A model generated the notes under the pieces. It made no database searches. It saw only the letters and a program-made list of their open reading frames with translations, and was not told the DNA's origin. From positions 8,752 through 72,751 of the forward strand of contig CAYWVZ010000003.1 in NCBI GenBank assembly GCA_964462215.1: a stretch of DNA of 64,000 nt, given 5' to 3'. Shown piece by piece: positions 10,775-18,429 of the stretch. How positions within the stretch are numbered: position 1 is the first letter of the stretch; each line of letters starts with the position of its first letter. Position numbers and translations under genes: made by a program. The DNA is from an uncultured Candidatus Saccharibacteria bacterium (lineage in GTDB: Bacteria; Patescibacteriota; Saccharimonadia; Saccharimonadales; JAUPVS01).

Positions 10775-13700
10775 TAGGCTACCTCCTCTTTCTGTTCAGT
10801 GTCTGCGGTGGCAGCCACCGTTGCGTCTTCGTCGTCGGCCGACTGGTCAGCAGCTGGGCTGTCATCGGTCACGGTTGTAACGGTAGGTGTGTCGCTACCC
10901 AAATCCATCATGACGAACTCGTCAGCCACCATTTCTTGGGTTACATCAACGTCCGAAACCGTTGTGTCGGGCACCGGCACATCGGATTGGTGTTTGGCTT
11001 CGTCCTTGACGTTCTCGGCCAAAACGGCTTCGGCGTCAATGATTTTATCGGACTCTACCAAGTCAACCTTGAGACCCAGGCCTTGTAGTTCTTTGACAAG
11101 CACGTTGAAGCTTTCCGGTACCTTGGGACCGACGATTTCGGTCTTTTTGATGATCGACTCATAGGCTTTAGAACGGCCGTAAACGTCGTCAGACTTGATA
11201 GTCAGCATTTCTTGCAGCGTATTGGCGGCGCCGTAGGCTTCGAGCGCCCAGACTTCCATTTCACCGAAGCGCTGGCCGCCGTTTTGGGCCTTACCGCCCA
11301 ACGGCTGCTGGGTGACCATGGTGTACGGTCCGGTTGAGCGGGCGTGGATCTTGTCGGTCACCATGTGGTTGAGCTTAATCATGTACATTGAGCCGACGGT
11401 AGTGCGTTCTTTAAAAGCCTCGCCGGTGCGGCCATCGTATAGTTGCTGTTTACCGTCTTCCGGCAAACCGGCTTCTTTAAGCAGGCTTTCGATCTTTTCG
11501 GTTGGAACACCGTTGAAAGACGGGCTGGCAACTTTTATGCCTAAAGCCCGTGCGGCCATGCCAAGGTGCGTTTCGAACAACTGTCCGACGTTCATGCGGC
11601 TTGGTACACCAAGTGGGTTCAAGATAATGTCTACAGGGGTGCCATCTTCGGTGAACGGCATATCTTCGACCGGCAGTACACGGGCGATAACACCCTTGTT
11701 ACCGTGACGGCCACCAAGCTTGTCGCCGACGGAAATCTTGCGCATCTGGGCTACGAAAACCTGGATTTGCATGATGACGCCAGCTTTGAGTTCATGGCCG
11801 TTGGCGCGGCTGAAGACCTTGACGCCGACAACCTTGCCGTGTTTGCCGTTGCTCATACGCTGTGACGTGTCGCGGACTTCTTTGGCTTTTTCGCCAAAGA
11901 TTGCCCGTAACAGGCGCTCTTCACTACTGAGTTCTTGCTCGCCTTTGGGTGTAATTTTACCGACCAGGATGTCGCCCGGGTGGACTTCGGCGCCGATGCG
12001 GACAATACCGTCTTCGTCGAGGTGGCGCAGGGCTTCTTCGGATACGTTAGGGATGTCGCGGGTTACGATCTCGGGGCCTAACTTGGTTTCGCGGACTTCG
12101 GTCATGTAGTCGACGATGTGGACGCTGGTCAGCGTGTCGTCTTCGACCAGTTTGCGGGAAATAATGATGGCATCTTCGAAGTTGTAGCCGCTCCAGGGCA
12201 TAAACGCGGTAATCAGGTCTTTACCAAGCGCCAGCTCGCCGGCGGCAACAGACATACCTTCGATCAAGACGTCGCCCTTTTTAACTTTGCTGCCTTGGCT
12301 CACGACTACGCGCTGGTTAATACTGGTACCCTCGTTGCTGCGGACATAGTGCATGGGTTCGTAAGTGACAGTGCCTTCTTTGTACTTGACGGCCACTTGG
12401 TCGGCGTTAGCTTTGACAACTTCACCGGCAGCTTCAGCCAGAACGACTTGGCCGCTGTTGCGGGCAACGTCGCCTTCCATGCCGGTACCGACAATCGGTG
12501 CGGCGGGCCGGATAAGCGGCACGGCCTGGCGCTGCTGGTTACTGCCCATCAAACTTCGGTACACATAGTTCTTTTCGATGAAAGGAATCAGGCCGGCGCT
12601 GGAGCCGATAATTTGCTTGCGCGAGGCGTCCATGTGGGTTACGTCGTCGGCGTCAACTTCTTCTGATTTTAGGCGGTTACGGGCACTAACGCGCTCGTTT
12701 ACGAACAACCCTTTGTCGTCGAAAGGTTCGCTGGCGTTGGCAATAACGGCACTTTCTTCTTCCGAAGCGTCCAGATAAGCGATTTCGTCTGTTACCACAG
12801 CTTTAACCGGCCAGGTGACTTTACCTTTGACGGCAGCCAGCTTCTTGGCATCGGCAGCAGTGATTTTAGCACCGGCTTTTACCAGGACTTTGCCTTTTTC
12901 GTCTTCCAGGTCAACAGAGGCGACACGGCCCGTAGCTTCCTTGGCGGTTACGGCGTTACTGACTTTGCGGTACGGAGTTTCGATAAAACCGTAGTCGTTA
13001 ATGCGGGCAAAACTGGCCAGGTTAAGTACCAGGCCGATGTTGGCACCTTCCGGCGTTTCGACGGCGCAGATACGGCCATAGTGGGTAGCGTGGGCGTCAC
13101 GGACTTCGAAGCCGGCGCGCTCACGCGAAAGGCCACCGGGACCCATTGAGCTCAAACGGCGCTTGTGGGCCAGCTCGGAAAGCGGGTTAATCTGGTCCAT
13201 GAACTGACTAAGTTGCGAGCTGGCGAAGAATTCACGCACGGCGGCCACTACCGGACGGGCGTTGATCAGCTGCGCCGGCGTGACTGTTTCGATCTCGCTC
13301 ATGCTCATACGGTCTTTGGTGTTACGCTCCATGCGCAACAGACCAATGCGGAACTGACGTTGCACCAGTTCGCCGACCAATTTGACGCGACGGTTGGCCA
13401 AAGAGTCGATGTCGTCGGCCGGATCCTGGGTGTTATTAAGGCGAATTAACTCGGCAATGATGGCTACCAAGTCGGCCAGGCGCATGACGCGGTTTTCGGC
13501 GGTGTTGGGCACATCTAGGTTAAGGCGCTTGTTGATCTTGTAGCGGCCGACACGGCTGAAGTCGAAGCGCTTGAAGTTATAGAACATGTTTTCGAGCAAA
13601 CTGCGGGCGTTATCGACAGTGGCCAAGTCGCCCGGACGCAAGCGGCGGTACACCTCAATCAGAGCATCGTTGGCGCCGCGGGTCGGGTCTTTTTCGAGTG

Positions 13701-14367
13701 TAGCGTCCAAATGGCTGAACGAGCCTTGGTCGACATGCTTAAACTGTTCTTTCATTTGGGTTTCGGTCAGGCCCAGCGCGCGCAGCAAGGTTGTTACCGG
13801 AATTTTTCGTTTGCGGTCAATTTTGACGTACAGGGCGCCGTTGGCGGCAGTCTCGAACTCCAGCCAGGCGCCGCGGCCAGGAATAACCTTAGCGCCGTAG
13901 AGGTTACGGGCGCCGTGGGCATCGGCCGTAAAGAAGACACCAGCCGAGCGGATCAGCTGGCTGACAACGACGCGTTCGGCGCCGTTAATAACGAATGTAC
14001 CGCGGCTGGTCATCCACGGATAGTCGCCCAGGTAAATTTCTTGCTCTTTGACTTCGCCGGTGACTTTGTTGGTCAGTTCCACGGTAGCTTTAAGCGGCGC
14101 GTCATAACTGACGTTATTCTCGCGGGCTTCCGATTCGGTCATCTTGGGCTTTTCAAAGCGGTAATCTTTGAAGCGCAAGCTTAATTTGGTACCGGTATAA
14201 TCGTCGATCGGGCTGATTTCAGCCAACAACTCGCCCAGACCCTCTTCGACAAACCACTGGAAGGATTTGTTTTGGTGGTCGACTAGGTTGGGGAGCTGTA
14301 GGACGTCGTCATCATTAGTAAAATATACTCGCTGCTGTTTATCAGCGGTTGATGTACTCTTGGCCAT
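10774..14367 (-). CDS. rpoB: DNA-directed RNA polymerase subunit beta with an acidic C-terminal tail of about 80 aa
   Basis: Full-length RpoB similarity (e.g. GEMEVWALEAYGAA). Start set at MAKSTSTADKQQRVYF (ATG 14367) rather than the upstream in-frame extension. Confidence 0.97.
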   Translation of the reverse strand: MAKSTSTADKQQRVYFTNDDDVLQLPNLVDHQNKSFQWFVEEGLGELLAEISPIDDYTGTKLSLRFKDYRFEKPKMTESEARENNVSYDAPLKATVELTNKVTGEVKEQEIYLGDYPWMTSRGTFVINGAERVVVSQLIRSAGVFFTADAHGARNLYGAKVIPGRGAWLEFETAANGALYVKIDRKRKIPVTTLLRALGLTETQMKEQFKHVDQGSFSHLDATLEKDPTRGANDALIEVYRRLRPGDLATVDNARSLLENMFYNFKRFDFSRVGRYKINKRLNLDVPNTAENRVMRLADLVAIIAELIRLNNTQDPADDIDSLANRRVKLVGELVQRQFRIGLLRMERNTKDRMSMSEIETVTPAQLINARPVVAAVREFFASSQLSQFMDQINPLSELAHKRRLSSMGPGGLSRERAGFEVRDAHATHYGRICAVETPEGANIGLVLNLASFARINDYGFIETPYRKVSNAVTAKEATGRVASVDLEDEKGKVLVKAGAKITAADAKKLAAVKGKVTWPVKAVVTDEIAYLDASEEESAVIANASEPFDDKGLFVNERVSARNRLKSEEVDADDVTHMDASRKQIIGSSAGLIPFIEKNYVYRSLMGSNQQRQAVPLIRPAAPIVGTGMEGDVARNSGQVVLAEAAGEVVKANADQVAVKYKEGTVTYEPMHYVRSNEGTSINQRVVVSQGSKVKKGDVLIEGMSVAAGELALGKDLITAFMPWSGYNFEDAIIISRKLVEDDTLTSVHIVDYMTEVRETKLGPEIVTRDIPNVSEEALRHLDEDGIVRIGAEVHPGDILVGKITPKGEQELSSEERLLRAIFGEKAKEVRDTSQRMSNGKHGKVVGVKVFSRANGHELKAGVIMQIQVFVAQMRKISVGDKLGGRHGNKGVIARVLPVEDMPFTEDGTPVDIILNPLGVPSRMNVGQLFETHLGMAARALGIKVASPSFNGVPTEKIESLLKEAGLPEDGKQQLYDGRTGEAFKERTTVGSMYMIKLNHMVTDKIHARSTGPYTMVTQQPLGGKAQNGGQRFGEMEVWALEAYGAANTLQEMLTIKSDDVYGRSKAYESIIKKTEIVGPKVPESFNVLVKELQGLGLKVDLVESDKIIDAEAVLAENVKDEAKHQSDVPVPDTTVSDVDVTQEMVADEFVMMDLGSDTPTVTTVTDDSPAADQSADDEDATVAATADTEQKEEVA

Positions 14368-14492
14368 ACAGAGCAACACTCCTTGCTTATAAATTGGTGT
14401 ATTTTGATAATTGCGCGCGAAGATCCTAAGAGAGACTTGTGGTGCCGATTTTTGGGAACACAGCACCGCCCACTTACCCTACTTCACCACCT

Positions 14493-14522
14493 ATGGTAGA
14501 GGTTTTGCAAACGAGAGTCAAG
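14493..14522 (-). promoter_or_regulatory. candidate sigma70-type promoter for rpoBC
   Basis: Minus strand reads TTGACT-17 nt-TACCAT immediately after the clpP stop, about 125 nt upstream of the rpoB ATG. Confidence 0.35.
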
Positions 14523-14526
14523 TACT

Positions 14527-15129
14527 TTATTTTTTGGGTTTGGGTGGGGTTTTGATGACATCATCGACAATGCCGTATTTCTTGGCTTCGTCGGCGGTCA
14601 TCCATTTGTCGCGTTCCATGTCTTCGTGGATTCGGGCATGCTTTTGGCCGGTGTTTTTGGCCATGATTTCTTCAAGGAGCTTCTTAACACGCAGGCTTTC
14701 GCGCAGGTCGATCTCTTGGTCGGTGACTTTGCCGCGGGTGCCGCTACTGGGCTGATGGATCATGACGCTGGCGTTGGGCAAAATAAAGCGCTTGCCTTTG
14801 GTGCCGCTACTGAGCAGAAAGGCTGCAGCACTGGCTTGCACACCAATTCCAACGGTTTGAACGTCGGACTTGATGTAGTTCATGGTGTCAAAAATTGCCA
14901 AGGCATCGTAAACGCTGCCGCCCGGGCTGTTGATATACAGGTAAATGTCTTTGCCGGGGTTCTCGTTGTCCAGGAATAATAGCTGGGCGGTAATCAGGTT
15001 GGCGGTGTGCGGGTTGACGTCTTCGCCCATAAAGATGATGCGGTCTTTGAGCAGGCGCGAGTAGATGTCGTAAGCGCGCTCCATGCGGCCTTCGGTTTCG
15101 ATAACAGTCGGGATCAAAACGGATTTCAT
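14527..15129 (-). CDS. clpP: ATP-dependent Clp protease proteolytic subunit
   Basis: 200 aa with full-length ClpP similarity ([11 protein letters not shown]..., [13 protein letters not shown]). Confidence 0.97.
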   Translation of the reverse strand: MKSVLIPTVIETEGRMERAYDIYSRLLKDRIIFMGEDVNPHTANLITAQLLFLDNENPGKDIYLYINSPGGSVYDALAIFDTMNYIKSDVQTVGIGVQASAAAFLLSSGTKGKRFILPNASVMIHQPSSGTRGKVTDQEIDLRESLRVKKLLEEIMAKNTGQKHARIHEDMERDKWMTADEAKKYGIVDDVIKTPPKPKK

Positions 15130-15135
15130 GCTGCT

Positions 15136-15174
15136 ATGATAGCGCTGCTAGCACTCTCGTGTCAAGAGTGCTAA
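15136..15174 (-). promoter_or_regulatory. CIRCE-type inverted repeat (HrcA operator consensus) embedded in the clpP promoter
   Basis: Minus strand reads TTAGCACTC-TTGACACGA-GAGTGCTAG, matching TTAGCACTC-N9-GAGTGCTAA. TTGACA in the spacer acts as the -35, with 18 nt to TATCAT (15136-15141), which lies 6 nt before the ATG. Confidence 0.75.
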
Positions 15175-16454
15175 TATTTGGTAGCGTATTCCGTTAATTT
15201 CTTGATGGTTTTGTCGGTGAGGATACGGTTGGCGATGTCGCCGCGGGCTTCGGGTTTGTCGAGCTCGGCCAGCATCTGCGGGTCTTGGTATTGGGTCTTG
15301 AGCATTTGCAATTGGGTTTCGAGTTCTTCGGGAGTAACCATGATGCCTTCACGGTCGGCCACTTCGCTTAAGACCAGGCCGATTTTAACGCGGGCTTCGG
15401 CTTTGACGCGATTTTTGGCACGGTGCTCCGCTTCGGTGACACCTTCTTCTTTGAGGTGTTCTTCCCAGGTTTGGCCGCGATACATCAGGTTTTGGCGTTC
15501 CTGGCGTTCGGCGGCGTCAAGCTGCTCGTCGATCAGGCTATCCGGTATGGCCACCTTGCTTTTGGCGGCAATACCTTCGATGAGTTCCTGTTCGAATTGG
15601 CGGTCAACCTCATTTTGGCGCTCGGCCATCAGCTGTGTCTTGATGTCTTTTTTGAGTTCGGCCAGGGTTTTGAACGGTCCGGCTTGCTGGGCAAAGGCGT
15701 CGTCGGCTTTAGCCGTTGCCAGCTCTTCGACTTTGCTGACACTAACGGTAAAGGTGACTTTTTTGCCGACCAGCGCCTTGACGCCGTAGTCTTTGGGAAA
15801 CGTCAGGGTAAACGACTTTTCGTCGCCGGCTTTCATGCCGATGACATTATCTTCAAAGCCCGGGATAAAGGTGTTGCTGCCCAATGCTAGCGGGTAGTCC
15901 TTACCCTCGGCACCGTTGACCGGCTGGCCTTTGTCGTCCACACCCTTAAAACTAAGCGTCACACGGTCGCCGGCTTTGGCAGCCCGTTCAACCGTTTTAG
16001 CTTGAGCCAGACGCTGCTGCAAAGACTTGACAACTTCGGCAATGTCTTCGCTAGTTACTTCGGCTTTAGCTCGCGCCTTTTTTATCTTCTTATAGTCCGG
16101 TAGTGTGACTTCGCCCACAACCGGTACAGTGGCCTCGAACTCCAGCGTAGTGAACGGTACGAACTTTTTGACAGAGATTTCCGGACGGGCCACCGGCCGC
16201 AGGTTTTGCTGCTCGGCGGTTTGGACGTAAAACTGGTTGATGGCTTCTTCGACAACCTCAGTTTGCAGACGGCTTTGGTCGATACTTTTTTCGACCAAAG
16301 CCTGCGGTGCTTTGCCGGGGCGAAAGCCAGATAGCCTAACGTCTTGTCCGAGTTTTTGCACCACTTGCTGCTTGATTGGGCTCAAATCGGCCTCGCCGGC
16401 CGTAAAGGTTAGGGTAACTTGGGTGGGTGAGTTGGTAATCTTTTTTACGTGCAT
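15171..16454 (-). CDS. tig: trigger factor
   Basis: GFRPGKAP ribosome-binding signature, FKBP-type middle domain, tig-clpP order. Start set at MHVKKITN. Confidence 0.93.
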   Translation of the reverse strand: MHVKKITNSPTQVTLTFTAGEADLSPIKQQVVQKLGQDVRLSGFRPGKAPQALVEKSIDQSRLQTEVVEEAINQFYVQTAEQQNLRPVARPEISVKKFVPFTTLEFEATVPVVGEVTLPDYKKIKKARAKAEVTSEDIAEVVKSLQQRLAQAKTVERAAKAGDRVTLSFKGVDDKGQPVNGAEGKDYPLALGSNTFIPGFEDNVIGMKAGDEKSFTLTFPKDYGVKALVGKKVTFTVSVSKVEELATAKADDAFAQQAGPFKTLAELKKDIKTQLMAERQNEVDRQFEQELIEGIAAKSKVAIPDSLIDEQLDAAERQERQNLMYRGQTWEEHLKEEGVTEAEHRAKNRVKAEARVKIGLVLSEVADREGIMVTPEELETQLQMLKTQYQDPQMLAELDKPEARGDIANRILTDKTIKKLTEYATKY

Positions 16455-16590
16455 AAGTGTGTACTCTAACAGATTGCGGCCGGTTTGGCGAGTGTTTCGG
16501 CTACGAGTAGTTCTCATTACCCCTGTTAACTAGCCACATGGTACCATTACCGGCATTGTCAAGGGCTAAGCGACCCCTGTGAAAAAGATA

Positions 16591-16893
16591 TTATGCAACC
16601 TTAGATTTTTTCCTAGCCAAGTATCTGTCGCGGGCTGCTTCTTCTTTGGCAACACGCTTTTCAACGGTATCTCCAGCAGCTAGATAGTAAATGAAGCTCC
16701 AGAACCCGAATATAAGTCCTCCAAAGAATCCTACCCAGGCTATACGGCCACGTTTGTGAGCCATGATCATACAGACGATTGCCCAAAAGAGTGAGCTAAG
16801 AAACCAAAACCATAATAGGTAAGCAACACCTGTTCCAGCGGCTGCACCTAGCTCGGCCGCTGCCTGAACTGATGTATCTTGTTCTGGTGTCAT
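16591..16893 (-). CDS. small membrane protein (100 aa)
   Basis: Three Trp/Phe-rich hydrophobic segments and a basic C-terminus. TAATG overlap with the upstream gene. Lies in an AT-richer stretch. Confidence 0.6.
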   Translation of the reverse strand: MTPEQDTSVQAAAELGAAAGTGVAYLLWFWFLSSLFWAIVCMIMAHKRGRIAWVGFFGGLIFGFWSFIYYLAAGDTVEKRVAKEEAARDRYLARKKSKVA

Positions 16894-17339
16894 TATTGTT
16901 GCTCCGTGTTCTGGTAAAGCTTACATGGGTCACCATTAGTCATACCGTGAATTTGACCTAGTCGGCCTTTTTTAGACTGTTCGGTTGCAAAGTACTGAGG
17001 ATGCTCTGCCATAAACTGCTTTATGCAGGATATCTTAGTATTGTCGTAACGGTAAGCAGCCCACAACGCCGCGTCTGGGTCTATAGGAGCCTCTACGACA
17101 GGTGTCTCTTCAATAACTGGCTCTGGCACCACAACAGCCGCTTCTTGTTCTCGTACGGCCTCTACAGGCGTCGTTTGAACATCCAGCACTTCCTCAGCTG
17201 GTTGGGCCTGGCTTAGGGGTTCATCAATTTTACTCATAGGTTTACCTCCATACACGAGCTGTAACGTAGCACACAGACCGACTACTGTGGCTATGGCTAC
17301 GACTATTAGTTTACGTGTAGTTGGCTTGAGGTGTTCCAT
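16893..17339 (-). CDS. membrane-anchored protein (148 aa) with a Pro/Glu/Val-rich linker
   Basis: N-terminal TM helix, an acidic P/E/V linker and a Cys-containing C-terminal domain. AGGAG lies upstream of the ATG. Confidence 0.6.
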   Translation of the reverse strand: MEHLKPTTRKLIVVAIATVVGLCATLQLVYGGKPMSKIDEPLSQAQPAEEVLDVQTTPVEAVREQEAAVVVPEPVIEETPVVEAPIDPDAALWAAYRYDNTKISCIKQFMAEHPQYFATEQSKKGRLGQIHGMTNGDPCKLYQNTEQQ

Positions 17340-17373
17340 AGTGATACTCCTACTTTAATAATTGAGTGCCTCT

Positions 17374-17399
17374 AAAAAAGGACACCCGTACTAGGTGTC
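17374..17399 (-). terminator. intrinsic terminator after the toxin-like cassette
   Basis: Minus strand reads GACACC-TAGTACG-GGTGTC followed by CTTTTTTAG. Confidence 0.6.
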
Positions 17400-17413
17400 T
17401 TAAGCCAACAGCA

Positions 17414-17461
17414 GGTTGTATCCCGACTGCTTTCGTACGAGTGCCCTTACCGGATACAACC
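17414..17461. repeat. 10-bp perfect inverted repeat with a 28-nt loop, flanked by CGTACGA repeats
   Basis: GGTTGTATCC (17414-17423) pairs with GGATACAACC (17452-17461). CGTACGA occurs at 17434, 17462 and 17471. Confidence 0.6.
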
Positions 17462-17538
17462 CGTACGATGCGTACGACAATAAAAAACCGCCGTTAGCTT
17501 AAGACGTTTTTATCATACCAGATATATGAATATGTAGA

Positions 17539-17811
17539 TTATTTGAATGGATATTTATGATTATCAACAAGAATTACTTTTAGAGTGCCTGGGGTTATTT
17601 TAGTGCAATAAGCGCGCCATGAACCCGAAACCCTGAATGAGTATACTCTGTAGGGGTCTTTATACTTCTTCGTGGCCCTAACAACCTCAAAATTTAACGA
17701 ATTATAGGATGTCCCGTGATTACTTAAATGCTTAACTTGCTTACTAAACTGCTCACTCTTACCGCTTGCATCTAAGTCCCCCTGAACCCTGTTATCAAGG
17801 ACGACTTTCAT
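17539..17811 (-). CDS. putative RelE/ParE-superfamily toxin (90 aa)
   Basis: C-terminal YRVYSFRVSGSWRAYCTKITPGTLKVILVDNH resembles the RelE/ParE core (yrlRvgdyRaiY...i.vl.v.hH). Small basic protein, last gene of a three-gene AT-rich cassette. Confidence 0.45.
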   Translation of the reverse strand: MKVVLDNRVQGDLDASGKSEQFSKQVKHLSNHGTSYNSLNFEVVRATKKYKDPYRVYSFRVSGSWRAYCTKITPGTLKVILVDNHKYPFK

Positions 17812-17822
17812 GGGTCTCGTTT

Positions 17823-18053
17823 TTAGTTAAGCCTATCAATGATACGCTCTGTGAACTCATCGGAAGCACCCGCTTGACGAAAGTCACGACGATAATCAGA
17901 GGCGGTGGGCGATATAGTGATCCCGCGGATACCTTCGGTTTGATAGACGACTTTATACTTAATGGTCTGGTCATTACTACTAGAGAAGTTCTTAAATGGC
18001 TTGGGCAGACTATCAATAACTTTCTTCGGTATAGCTACCGCTATGGCATTCAT
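17823..18053 (-). CDS. hypothetical 76-aa protein, candidate cognate antitoxin by position
   Basis: Located 11 nt upstream of the toxin-like gene, with an ATGA overlap to the DUF3467-like gene. No recognizable DNA-binding motif. Confidence 0.35.
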   Translation of the reverse strand: MNAIAVAIPKKVIDSLPKPFKNFSSSNDQTIKYKVVYQTEGIRGITISPTASDYRRDFRQAGASDEFTERIIDRLN

Positions 18054-18322
18054 CGGCTCTTCCTTCCTTTAAGCTCAAGAACTTGCACAAAGCCATCAGT
18101 CAACTTATCCAGCATTGCTAATGGAAGAATAATCCTACTTACCAGCGTACCATTCGGAGTATCATGTTTATTAACGTATATAAAGTCAAGTGTTATCTCG
18201 TTGTCGCTCGTGTCCATGTTAATGAAATTTGCATAGACAGCAGCTCTTAGGTGCTGGGGGATCGAAACCTCAACCTTAACTTCTTTAGGTTTCGCAACTG
18301 GTTTTGGGTCATCGTCTGCCAT
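18050..18322 (-). CDS. DUF3467-like protein
   Basis: AAVYANFINMDTSDNEITLDFIYV...GTLVSRIILPLAML matches the DUF3467 pattern as I recall it. Start ATG 18322 lies 8 nt after TGTTATACA (extended -10-like). Confidence 0.5.
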   Translation of the reverse strand: MADDDPKPVAKPKEVKVEVSIPQHLRAAVYANFINMDTSDNEITLDFIYVNKHDTPNGTLVSRIILPLAMLDKLTDGFVQVLELKGRKSR

Positions 18323-18429
18323 AGTCTTAGTGTATAACAACTTGTGGCGTTTGGATAATGTTTGTGCTTTTATTACTATTTCTACCTGCTATTAAAGAGT
18401 ATTCCGGTGTCATGTGTTATTTATTTCTG

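Noticed and set aside
14368-14466. Upstream in-frame N-terminal extensions proposed by the ORF track for rpoB (14466). Similar extensions exist for tig (16517), tyrS (27175), pepN (38944), rnhB (42608), malic enzyme (43049), the hydrolase (45118), trmH-like (46813), galU (53565), rpsJ (2209), the DUF3467 gene (18340), the 24773 ORF (25003), the 62200 ORF (62547) and the 62442 ORF (63800).
   Set aside because: The conserved protein cores begin at internal Met codons that are preceded by an SD or by a -10 hexamer 6-9 nt upstream. Several extensions would overlap neighbouring genes, promoters or terminators.
14527-16454. Absence of rplK-rplA-rplJ-rplL upstream of rpoB (tig-clpP instead) and absence of rimP/infB around nusA, considered as separate findings.
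   Set aside because: These are real synteny breaks, but simple operon shuffling is common in reduced genomes and no novel element is visible at these junctions beyond the promoter features already reported.
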